Of a stretch of 32,000 bases of DNA, positions 1 through 8,749 are shown in pieces (the first letter of the stretch is position 1; the number at the start of each line of letters is the position of its first letter). Origin of the DNA: Candidatus Pacearchaeota archaeon (lineage in GTDB: Archaea > Nanobdellota > Nanobdellia > Pacearchaeales > UBA284); contig CP061211.1 in assembly GCA_026016245.1 (NCBI GenBank), positions 180,001-212,000 on the forward strand. Reading direction: 5' to 3'. The position numbers and the translations under genes were made by a program. The notes under the pieces were generated by a model. That model saw nothing but the letters and a program-made list of their open reading frames with translations. It was not told the DNA's origin and did not search any database.

Positions 1-89
1 AAAAGTAGAGGAGAAAAAGGAAGAGGCTAAGTAATTCTTGTAATTTAAAAGTAGTAAAATTTATAAGTAAGAAAGATTATCTTATTTCT

Positions 90-371
90 ATGGCAATGTA
101 CTATTCATTTATCTATAAAGTAGAAGGTCTTGAAGGAAAATACTTTTTAGACCATCGTTATGGAAAGAAAGGAGTTGCAGATTTTTTTAATTTGAAAGAA
201 AGAAGAAAGGAAATTGAACAGATAGCATGTGTTATTAATTCTGATGATCATTTTAATGAATTAGAAGATATAGTTTTGAGAGCTACAAAAGGTGAAATTA
301 ATGAAGAACAGCTAAGAAAAATGATCAAATTCATTCAAAATAAAATAGAACCTTTAAACCCAAAAAAATAA
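90..371 (+). CDS. hypothetical protein (93 aa)
   Basis: Intact ORF. TATA-like tttataag at 60-67 is centred ~26 nt upstream of the ATG (leaderless-type layout). No recognisable motif. Confidence 0.5.
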   Translation: MAMYYSFIYKVEGLEGKYFLDHRYGKKGVADFFNLKERRKEIEQIACVINSDDHFNELEDIVLRATKGEINEEQLRKMIKFIQNKIEPLNPKK

Positions 372-372
372 A

Positions 373-1050
373 ATGGCATTAGTACCTTTGATATTATATT
401 TATTTTCGCAATTAATTTCTCCATTTCCCGGAGGACATCAGTATACAGTAAAAGAATATTATCCTGATTCTGATTCAGTTAAAGCTGTTAAAATTCTCAG
501 AAATTATAAAAATAGAATGGAATGTGATTTTGTTACAGGACAGGCCACTCTTATAGTTGTGGATAATAATAAAGATATAAACCCAGATCAGTTATTTGTT
601 TTAAGTAGGATAGGCAAAGGAGCAGCTGCCCAATATATACGCCCACAAGAACAAAAAGATGATTTTGAAGCTAGTAAAAAATTTATGCAAGAATTGTACA
701 ATGATTATTATTATAATAAAGATAATACGCAAAAAAATAGAATTCCCGAATTTAGTTTGATGCCTGATGGAGGTTATCAATTTATAATATATGAGGATGA
801 TGGAATTAAAATGCTAAGAAGTTTTGATAAAACCAATTCTGCAGAAGGTTGGTCTTTGAAAGATGACACTACTTTTGTTGTTTTAGATCAAGGTAGAGAT
901 GGGAAACCAGAGTATGCAATAAAGATTGTGAATGGAAATGGAGAATATTATACTTTATCAAAACCAGAAAATTTTGAGGAAAGATATAAATCAGAGGATC
1001 TAATGAAAAAACTTTATAGAGAAGATAAAAAAGCAAGAGGGATTAAGTAA
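373..1050 (+). CDS. hypothetical protein with N-terminal hydrophobic segment (probable secreted or membrane-anchored, 225 aa)
   Basis: ORF starts 1 nt after the previous stop, suggesting coupling. N-terminus MALVPLILYLFSQLISPF is hydrophobic. No catalytic motif recognised. Confidence 0.5.
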   Translation: MALVPLILYLFSQLISPFPGGHQYTVKEYYPDSDSVKAVKILRNYKNRMECDFVTGQATLIVVDNNKDINPDQLFVLSRIGKGAAAQYIRPQEQKDDFEASKKFMQELYNDYYYNKDNTQKNRIPEFSLMPDGGYQFIIYEDDGIKMLRSFDKTNSAEGWSLKDDTTFVVLDQGRDGKPEYAIKIVNGNGEYYTLSKPENFEERYKSEDLMKKLYREDKKARGIK

Positions 1051-1081
1051 GATTTAAAAGTTTGAATTCTCTTTTTGTTTA

Positions 1082-2311
1082 GTGGTAGATAATAAGAATA
1101 AACAACCAGAATTGAATATTGGTTTAGTTGGACATATTGATCATGGTAAAACTACTCTACTTTATCAACTTACAGGGGTATGGAGTGATAAGCATAGTGA
1201 GGAATTGAAAAGAGGTATTACAATTAAGTTAGGTTATGCTGATTCTTTGATTAGAAAATGTGAAAAGTGTGGCAAGTTTACAACAAAGCCTGTTTGTGAA
1301 TGTGGTGGCAAAGTTTCTGAAATAAGGTATGTTAGTTTTGTTGATGCTCCTGGTCATGAAATGTTAATGGCAACTATGTTAGGAGGGGCTGCTATTATTG
1401 ATGCTGCCTTACTTGTCATAGCTGCTAATGAACCTTTTCCACAACCTCAGACAAAAGAACATCTACTTGCTCTAGAAGCTAAAGGAATTAGTCAAGTAAT
1501 AATTGTTCAGAATAAGCTTGATTTAATTACAAAAGAGGAAGCCAAGAAACAGTATGATGCAGTAAAGAAATTCATTAAAGGAACTATTGCTGAAAATGCC
1601 ACCATAATTCCTATTTGTGCTCAGCAAGGAATTAATATAGGGGCTTTACTTGAGGCTGTAACAAAATTAAAAATTCCTGAGCATGATACAATAAGCAAAC
1701 CTTTGTTCCTTATAGCTAGAAGTTTTGATGTTAACAAGCCAGGAACTAAACCAAAAGATCTCAGTGGGGGTATTCTTGGAGGCTCGCTTAAAAAAGGTAA
1801 ATTAAAGATTGGAGATATAATTGAAATTAAACCAGGACTGGCGAAAAAGAAACATGATAAAACTGAATATTATGCTATTAAGACAAAAATTACTGGACTT
1901 AGAGCTGGAGTAAACAAACTTAGCGAGGCTTTACCTTCTGGAAGCTTGGCAATTCAAACATCTCTTGATCCGCTGTTAGCAAAAGCAGACAGTCTTGCAG
2001 GATGTGTTGCTGGTTTAGAAGGAACATTGCCTGAACTCGCTTACAAGATAAAGATAAAGATAAATCTGTTCAAAGAAATTGTTGGGGCTAAGGCAAAAGA
2101 GGCTATAAAAATTGAGCAGCTCAAAACAAATGAAAATCTTTTATTGAGTGTGAATACAACCACAACTGTTGGTCTGATTACAAGTATTCATAATAATACT
2201 ACTGAAATCGCTTTGAAAATTCCTATTGTTTCTTTTCCTGGAGACAGAATTGGAATAGCAAGGAATTACCAAGGTCACTGGAGATTAATAGGTTGGGGTG
2301 AAATTCAATAA
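1082..2311 (+). CDS. eif2g: translation initiation factor aIF-2 gamma subunit
   Basis: G1 motif GHIDHGKTT, DAPGHE (G3) and NKLD (G4). Zinc-ribbon insert CEKCGKFTTKPVCECGG is typical of aIF2-gamma, and the sequence is collinear with archaeal aIF2-gamma. GTG start; TATA-like tttaaaag at 1053-1060. Confidence 0.93.
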   Translation: MVDNKNKQPELNIGLVGHIDHGKTTLLYQLTGVWSDKHSEELKRGITIKLGYADSLIRKCEKCGKFTTKPVCECGGKVSEIRYVSFVDAPGHEMLMATMLGGAAIIDAALLVIAANEPFPQPQTKEHLLALEAKGISQVIIVQNKLDLITKEEAKKQYDAVKKFIKGTIAENATIIPICAQQGINIGALLEAVTKLKIPEHDTISKPLFLIARSFDVNKPGTKPKDLSGGILGGSLKKGKLKIGDIIEIKPGLAKKKHDKTEYYAIKTKITGLRAGVNKLSEALPSGSLAIQTSLDPLLAKADSLAGCVAGLEGTLPELAYKIKIKINLFKEIVGAKAKEAIKIEQLKTNENLLLSVNTTTTVGLITSIHNNTTEIALKIPIVSFPGDRIGIARNYQGHWRLIGWGEIQ

Positions 2312-2341
2312 TATTTTTAAAGGATTTTTGTTTCTAAAATT

Positions 2342-2944
2342 TTGGCTAAGATGGGAAAAAGAAAGAAAAGAAGGAAGGATTTAGAAAGAAAAAAAGTTAT
2401 GTTGCCAAAGTCAGCCTATAATCTAATCATCGCAGAAGCAACAGAGGCTTGGAAAAAAGAGATATTTGGTGTGATAGGGGGGAGAGGTAAGAATGTTTAT
2501 TATGTCAAAGAAGTTTTTACTAGTCAAACAGCAGATAAAAAATATGCTAGTGTTGAATGTTTTGGATACAGGGAAGCAAGATTGAAAGATTCTATAGAAA
2601 GATCTGGGGATATATTCATAGGAGATTATCATTCTCATACTGATCATCACGGTTCACGTAAAGATTGGGGTTTAAGTGATTTAGATAAAGAATGGCTTAA
2701 AGAACATCCAGAATATTTTTCTATTGTTATTTGTTTAGAAGAGGTTTGTAGTCTTCATGATTATTTGAGAATGCATGATAGAGCAATAATTGGTCCAAGT
2801 ACAGCGAGAGATAGAGAGAGTCTAAATATTGTGCATAAATTGAGAACTGCTCTTAGAGGGTATTATTATGATGAAAAAAGAAAATTATTTCTCAAAACAG
2901 ATATAGTGCCTACAAATGGCCTTGGAGATCTTTTAATAAATTAA
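2342..2944 (+). CDS. JAMM/MPN+ family metalloprotease-like protein with Lys-rich N-terminal extension
   Basis: Upstream Glu in KEIFGVIGG, then DYHSHTDHHGSRKDWGLSDLD (HxH ... SxxD, non-canonical spacing). The TTG start in the track is doubtful; ATG at 2351 or 2399 is more likely. Confidence 0.7.
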   Translation: MAKMGKRKKRRKDLERKKVMLPKSAYNLIIAEATEAWKKEIFGVIGGRGKNVYYVKEVFTSQTADKKYASVECFGYREARLKDSIERSGDIFIGDYHSHTDHHGSRKDWGLSDLDKEWLKEHPEYFSIVICLEEVCSLHDYLRMHDRAIIGPSTARDRESLNIVHKLRTALRGYYYDEKRKLFLKTDIVPTNGLGDLLIN

Positions 2945-2945
2945 A

Positions 2946-3257
2946 ATGCTAACTTGTAAATTATGTGAAAAACCTGCAAAATCTGTTATAATAACTTACG
3001 AACCCCCTGTTAATAATATGAAAAATCCTGAAATTTCTATTGATAATGTGGCTTGTTTGGGTCATGAGATTAGGTGCTGGTATAATAAAACATATGCGCT
3101 TGAAGATGGTAGAGAGGCTGCTATATTTCCCTTGATACCATCAATCATTGATTATATTCCTGATTCATATCCTAAAATAAAAGAGGAATTGAGAAGAATA
3201 GTGGAATTATCTTCTTCTGATAGGTCTATTCAACATTACAAAACCAAACAAGAATAA
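2946..3257 (+). CDS. small hypothetical protein with CxxC ... CxxHxxxC putative metal-binding residues (103 aa)
   Basis: Starts 2 nt after the JAMM stop. N-terminal CKLC plus CLGHEIRC. Its 3' end overlaps the convergent lgt gene by 51 nt. Confidence 0.45.
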   Translation: MLTCKLCEKPAKSVIITYEPPVNNMKNPEISIDNVACLGHEIRCWYNKTYALEDGREAAIFPLIPSIIDYIPDSYPKIKEELRRIVELSSSDRSIQHYKTKQE

Positions 3258-3986
3258 AACAACAACAATCCACTGACTGAGAGCTAATCCTAAAAAATAA
3301 TTTTCATATTCTCGCAAAAAGTCATTGAGGAATCTGAAAAAAGAGTAAAACATTAAAAAGGAAAAAAATAATGCCCCTGGTTTCTTTAGCAAGGATTTAA
3401 ATTTTGTCTCCTTTCCTTTTTCTTTTATATTTTTGAATTTAAGAAGAACAAAAAATCCAATCAAACTATATAGGAGCTCATAAATCTGTGTTGGATGTCT
3501 TGGAATATTTCCTGGAACTTGTATTGCCCAGGGAAGTGAGGAAGGCAAACCATAACAACACCAATTTAAGAAGCAACCAATCCTTGTAATGGCCATAGCA
3601 AGAAGAATGTAAGGGGCAACAAGATCTAGGATTTGTGTAAATTTTATATCTCTTTGTTTTCTAACATAAAGCCACACAAACAAAACTCCTAAAAAAGCTC
3701 CATAACTTGTTTCACCACCTTTCCACAATTCAAAAATTTGCCCTGGACTAGCAAGAAAATAAGAAAGATGCTCAAAAATATAGAATAAACGAGGACCAAT
3801 AATAGCTCCGATAAGAATAAGGAGGGCAATAATATAAATATGCTTTTCATCTATTCCTTTTTTCTTAGCTTCTTTAAAAATTAAAAACATAGCAGCTAAA
3901 AAGCCTGTAACAAACATGACACCCCAAGGAAGAATAGAAAAAGGTCCTATTTGTAAGAAAGCTTTTACTGGTTCGAAGGGAATCAT
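3207..3986 (-). CDS. lgt: prolipoprotein diacylglyceryl transferase (Lgt) homolog
   Basis: Polytopic membrane protein collinear with bacterial Lgt. Shared motifs: IGPFSILPWGVMFVTGF, WKGGETSYGAFLG, RIGCFLNWCCYG (compare RLGNFINGELWG), PRHPTQIYE (compare PRHPSQLYE) and FRFLNDFLRE. Confidence 0.85.
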   Translation of the reverse strand: MIPFEPVKAFLQIGPFSILPWGVMFVTGFLAAMFLIFKEAKKKGIDEKHIYIIALLILIGAIIGPRLFYIFEHLSYFLASPGQIFELWKGGETSYGAFLGVLFVWLYVRKQRDIKFTQILDLVAPYILLAMAITRIGCFLNWCCYGLPSSLPWAIQVPGNIPRHPTQIYELLYSLIGFFVLLKFKNIKEKGKETKFKSLLKKPGALFFSFLMFYSFFRFLNDFLREYENYFLGLALSQWIVVVLFLFGFVMLNRPIRRR

Positions 3987-4091
3987 GAAAAAATTAAAGA
4001 AAAATAAGTTAAATATTTTCTTCTACCACTAAAGAATAGTAACAAATAGAAAGCTTTATAAGTTTGAAATGTCTATATTTTTTGTGGTAAA

Positions 4092-4550
4092 ATGGCAAAA
4101 ATAGATTTAGATAATATGAATTATACAGACTTAAGAAATAAAGATATAAGAGTAAGATATATTTCTCGCTTAAGAACTTGCCATAGCCCAGAAAAAAGAG
4201 AAGAAGGTTTTAGAAAATTAATAAAATTTTATTTATCAGGAGGAAATTTAGGAATGACTGCTTATTGTTATGAGTTATTAGGATCATTAAATAAGGCCTG
4301 TAAATATTGGGCTAAAAATGCCAGTAAAAGAATACGCTCAAGAAAAATAGGAGATTTTTCAGATCTTGACATGGATATTGATATTGCTTTAACTCATCCA
4401 GATGATATCAACAAAACAGACATGAACATTATGATAAATTTCTTAGAAAAAAATAAAGATAGAGATATCCATACTAAATTCATATATAAAAAAGCCAATA
4501 AAATATATAAAGCAAAATCAAGAAGAAGAAAGAAAAATGTCAGAAAATAA
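4092..4550 (+). CDS. hypothetical protein (152 aa) with basic C-terminal tail
   Basis: ORF with TATA-like tttataag at 4055-4062, ~30 nt upstream. Overlaps the next ORF by 14 nt. Confidence 0.5.
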   Translation: MAKIDLDNMNYTDLRNKDIRVRYISRLRTCHSPEKREEGFRKLIKFYLSGGNLGMTAYCYELLGSLNKACKYWAKNASKRIRSRKIGDFSDLDMDIDIALTHPDDINKTDMNIMINFLEKNKDRDIHTKFIYKKANKIYKAKSRRRKKNVRK

Positions 4551-5700
4551 TAGATTTAAGAAAGAAATAGAAGATGTTTATGAACTTATGGATACAGCTA
4601 AAAGATATCCTAAAGAAGATTCTATTTTCTTTGGAACTGATCCTGTTTTTAATGCCATATATTTCTGTGGTAAAGCTAAAGACATTATAGAAAACTCTTC
4701 TTGCAAAGAAAAACATGATAATCCAAGCCCTGTTCTAGCAAAGCATTTTGGAATAAATGTGGAAAGTTCTGAAGAGCTAGAGAAGGAATATGGATATAAA
4801 AACAATAGGGAAATGATCAAGCATCTAGGATTACATTCACTTTATGAATACATATTAAGGTTTGATGAAAATGGTGGCTTGAAAAATAAAGCTAGATTAA
4901 TTTTAGATATGAAGAATGAAAAAAATGACATTACTCTAAGAGAACTTGTTAAGGATTGTCTTGGTTTTGATGATTCTGATCTTGTTAAGTATGCTGAAAA
5001 TCAGTTAAAGCAGAATGGCAAGCAAGTTGTGAATCTTGTTGAGAAGATGTATGGATTAAGACAAATTGAAAAATATAAAATTGGTCTTCTTAGAAATTAT
5101 TATTCTGCCCTCGAATATTTAAAAGAATTAGGAAAAAAACTTGATCCAGAAGGCAGGAAGAGATTTAGGATAAAAAATAAAGAAATAAGTGATGATTTTT
5201 TTGACAACATTGCTTTAGATTATGCATTACATGGATTGGATTTTAGAATTAAAGGACTACAGAATGATGATTTAAGAAAAAGAATTAAATTTTTCAGTAA
5301 TCCTGGAATAGGGGATTATGATCTTCTTGAAGATTTTATTGAACAAAAAGGAGAAAATTCAATAAAAAAGTATAATTGTAGTAATGATTTATTTGTAGAT
5401 CCAAAAACAAAGCTTGAGATTGATGGCAAGATTATTGAGAAAGAGGAAGATAAGTTTGCTGATTTTATAACAGGGATTCATAAAAAGAGATTCAAGAAAA
5501 CTTTTGAAGCAGTTAGAAATGAGAATGAGACAGATTTCAAGCAATATTCAGAAAAATTAACAGATGTAGCTTTAAAATATAGTGAGATTTTAGGCAAAGA
5601 TTATTTAAAGGAAAAACAGGAAGAAGCAAAAGAAATAATTGATGAAAAGAAAGAGTGGATATCAGAGCAAATAGAGAAAGATAAAAAGAAAATAAAATGA
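4537..5700 (+). CDS. hypothetical Lys/Glu-rich protein (387 aa)
   Basis: Long ORF coupled to both neighbours (overlaps of 14 nt and 4 nt). No motif recognised. Confidence 0.55.
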   Translation: MSENNRFKKEIEDVYELMDTAKRYPKEDSIFFGTDPVFNAIYFCGKAKDIIENSSCKEKHDNPSPVLAKHFGINVESSEELEKEYGYKNNREMIKHLGLHSLYEYILRFDENGGLKNKARLILDMKNEKNDITLRELVKDCLGFDDSDLVKYAENQLKQNGKQVVNLVEKMYGLRQIEKYKIGLLRNYYSALEYLKELGKKLDPEGRKRFRIKNKEISDDFFDNIALDYALHGLDFRIKGLQNDDLRKRIKFFSNPGIGDYDLLEDFIEQKGENSIKKYNCSNDLFVDPKTKLEIDGKIIEKEEDKFADFITGIHKKRFKKTFEAVRNENETDFKQYSEKLTDVALKYSEILGKDYLKEKQEEAKEIIDEKKEWISEQIEKDKKKIK

Positions 5701-6746
5701 AAATATTATACACAACAGATCCTCATGAAGATATTGCCATGCTTCAAGAAGCTGGAAAGTTTGGTTTAGAACAGAAAGTAGATTTATGGCTTGCAGGTGG
5801 CGATTTTATAGATATTCCTTGGAATTTACAAGAAAGTCATGATAGGTATAAGAAAGCAGTGAACGAACTTTTAAGAATAAGAGAACAAAGAAAATTTAAT
5901 GGTTCTTTAGAAGAACTTGCATTGGAAGTTGCAGAACAAAATGTATCCTCAGGTTTGAAGCAGATTGGTGAAGACTACATCGCTATGACTGGTGTTGCAA
6001 AAAATAACATGAAAGAAAGGTATAAAAAGATGGTTAAGGTTTTTGATGAGATAGATATTCCTTCTAAAACTCTGCCTGGAAATTATGATAATAATGAATT
6101 GATGAATGAAATATTTGAAAACAGCTTGCATCTAAATAAAGAAGAATTAAAACTGAATGATTCTAAGTTAACAATCGCTGGCTACGGCGGAGCTCCAGAA
6201 TGGCCTAGCTGGATTCCTCACAATTTGATTGTTCCTTTTAATGAAGAAATACATTATGATAAAAAAGGTAATGTAGTTGGAGGAAGATCAGAAGCAGTAG
6301 ATTTTTTCAGGAAAAATAAATCAGACATTATAATAACTCACACACATCCACAATCTATTTTAGATTATATCCTAAATGGAATGGGAAAAGTTGAAGGAAG
6401 TAATAGAAGTGCAGGAGGTAGTTTTGGTTTAAGAGTTTATCTTAATGAAATTCAAGAAGATAAAAACCCTTCATTCTTATGGCTTTGTGGCCATATGCAT
6501 ACAAGTAATATAAATAAAGGAGCAAAGAAGTGTGGAAAAACTGTTGTAATAAACCCAGGAAGCCTTAGTAGATATAGAGGAGCTATCAAGGGTGCTGGTA
6601 CTTTTGCTATTATAGACACAGAAAATAAAAAATTTGAAAAAGCAATTATTTATGCTGTAAGTGACAAAGAAAATGAAAGAATATTTCCAATAGAAGAATA
6701 TTACATCACTGATAGAGGTTTTAATAAATTGGAATTATTGTGTTAA
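5697..6746 (+). CDS. calcineurin-like metallophosphoesterase
   Basis: Ordered MPE motifs: TDPHED (DxH), GGDFID (GDxxD), GNYDN (GNH[D/E] variant with Tyr), ITHTHP and CGHMH (GHxH). Confidence 0.8.
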   Translation: MKILYTTDPHEDIAMLQEAGKFGLEQKVDLWLAGGDFIDIPWNLQESHDRYKKAVNELLRIREQRKFNGSLEELALEVAEQNVSSGLKQIGEDYIAMTGVAKNNMKERYKKMVKVFDEIDIPSKTLPGNYDNNELMNEIFENSLHLNKEELKLNDSKLTIAGYGGAPEWPSWIPHNLIVPFNEEIHYDKKGNVVGGRSEAVDFFRKNKSDIIITHTHPQSILDYILNGMGKVEGSNRSAGGSFGLRVYLNEIQEDKNPSFLWLCGHMHTSNINKGAKKCGKTVVINPGSLSRYRGAIKGAGTFAIIDTENKKFEKAIIYAVSDKENERIFPIEEYYITDRGFNKLELLC

Positions 6747-6786
6747 AAGATATTGAAAAATAAAGAAAGAAAATAAGAAATCTTAA

Positions 6787-6801
6787 CGAAACATTTATAA
6801 A
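6787..6801 (+). promoter_or_regulatory. rRNA operon promoter (BRE-like cgaaaca + TATA tttataaa)
   Basis: The sequence cgaaacatttataaa lies ~150 nt upstream of the 16S 5' end. The same AAnATTTATAAA consensus recurs upstream of other first genes at 60-67, 4055-4062, 8450-8457, 11731-11738 and 31144-31178. Confidence 0.6.
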
Positions 6802-6952
6802 TTTCTTTTGCTCGTGTAAATTATTAAAATGAAACCGAATGAGTGCCTTAATAATGGTCATATTAAGATTAAGGTATGATGTTGTAAGGGCAATCATTCA
6901 GTGATTTTTCTCGACGATTCTTTATTTTTAGGTCGGTAATGCGGTTCTTCAA

Positions 6953-8394
<1,442 letters not shown>

Positions 8395-8441
8395 AAAAAT
8401 ATAAAAATATTTTTCGTCGTTAAATACTAAACAGAGAGGGT

Positions 8442-8457
8442 GAAGAAAATTTATAAA
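8442..8457 (+). promoter_or_regulatory. candidate internal promoter (TATA tttataaa) in the 16S-tRNA spacer
   Basis: The sequence gaagaaaatttataaac has its TATA centre ~26 nt upstream of tRNA position 1 (8480). It shares the consensus of the 16S promoter. Confidence 0.4.
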
Positions 8458-8479
8458 CTAAAATTTCATGACTATCATA

Positions 8480-8600
8480 GGGCCCGTAGTCCAGTGGTAG
8501 AACGCTGCCCTTGCAACAAATAAATCTTTTAGAAAAAAAGATTTAACCAAGAGAAAAGCAAGAAAGGCAGAGGTCCCGTGTTCGAATCACGGCGGGTCCA
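8480..8600 (+). tRNA. tRNA-Ala(UGC) with a 49-nt intron at canonical position 37/38 (intron ~8516-8564)
   Basis: Acceptor GGGCCCG/CGGGTCC gives G3:U70. D-arm GTCC-AGTGGTA-GAAC. Anticodon stem CTGCC/GGCAG with loop CTTGCAA after intron removal. T-arm CCGTG-TTCGAAT-CACGG, discriminator A, no encoded CCA. Confidence 0.9.
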
Positions 8601-8749
8601 TTTGTCTTTTATAATATTCATCAATTGTAAGGCTACGTTGGAAACGTGGCATTCTGGAAAAATTTATTGGTGAAAAGATGAAGCTCTCTAGCTAGCTAGA
8701 GGGTGGATGTTGATTCATGATGAAAATGAAACACCATAGTAAGTAGCCT

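Noticed and set aside
1-34. A possible 3' end of an upstream gene, reading ...KVEEKKEEAK* in frame 2 and resembling the S24e C-terminal tail.
   Set aside because: It is only ~11 codons and two frames are open. The identity cannot be supported from this fragment.
2041-2062. The short tandem repeat (aagata)x3 inside the aIF2-gamma gene.
   Set aside because: It encodes KIKIKI within a beta-barrel domain region. It is trivial low-complexity coding sequence with no sign of a regulatory or slippage function.
3207-3257. The 51-nt convergent overlap between the 103-aa ORF and lgt, considered as a possible antisense regulatory arrangement.
   Set aside because: The overlap is probably just the compact genome or a slightly over-extended small ORF. 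No structure or motif suggests regulation.
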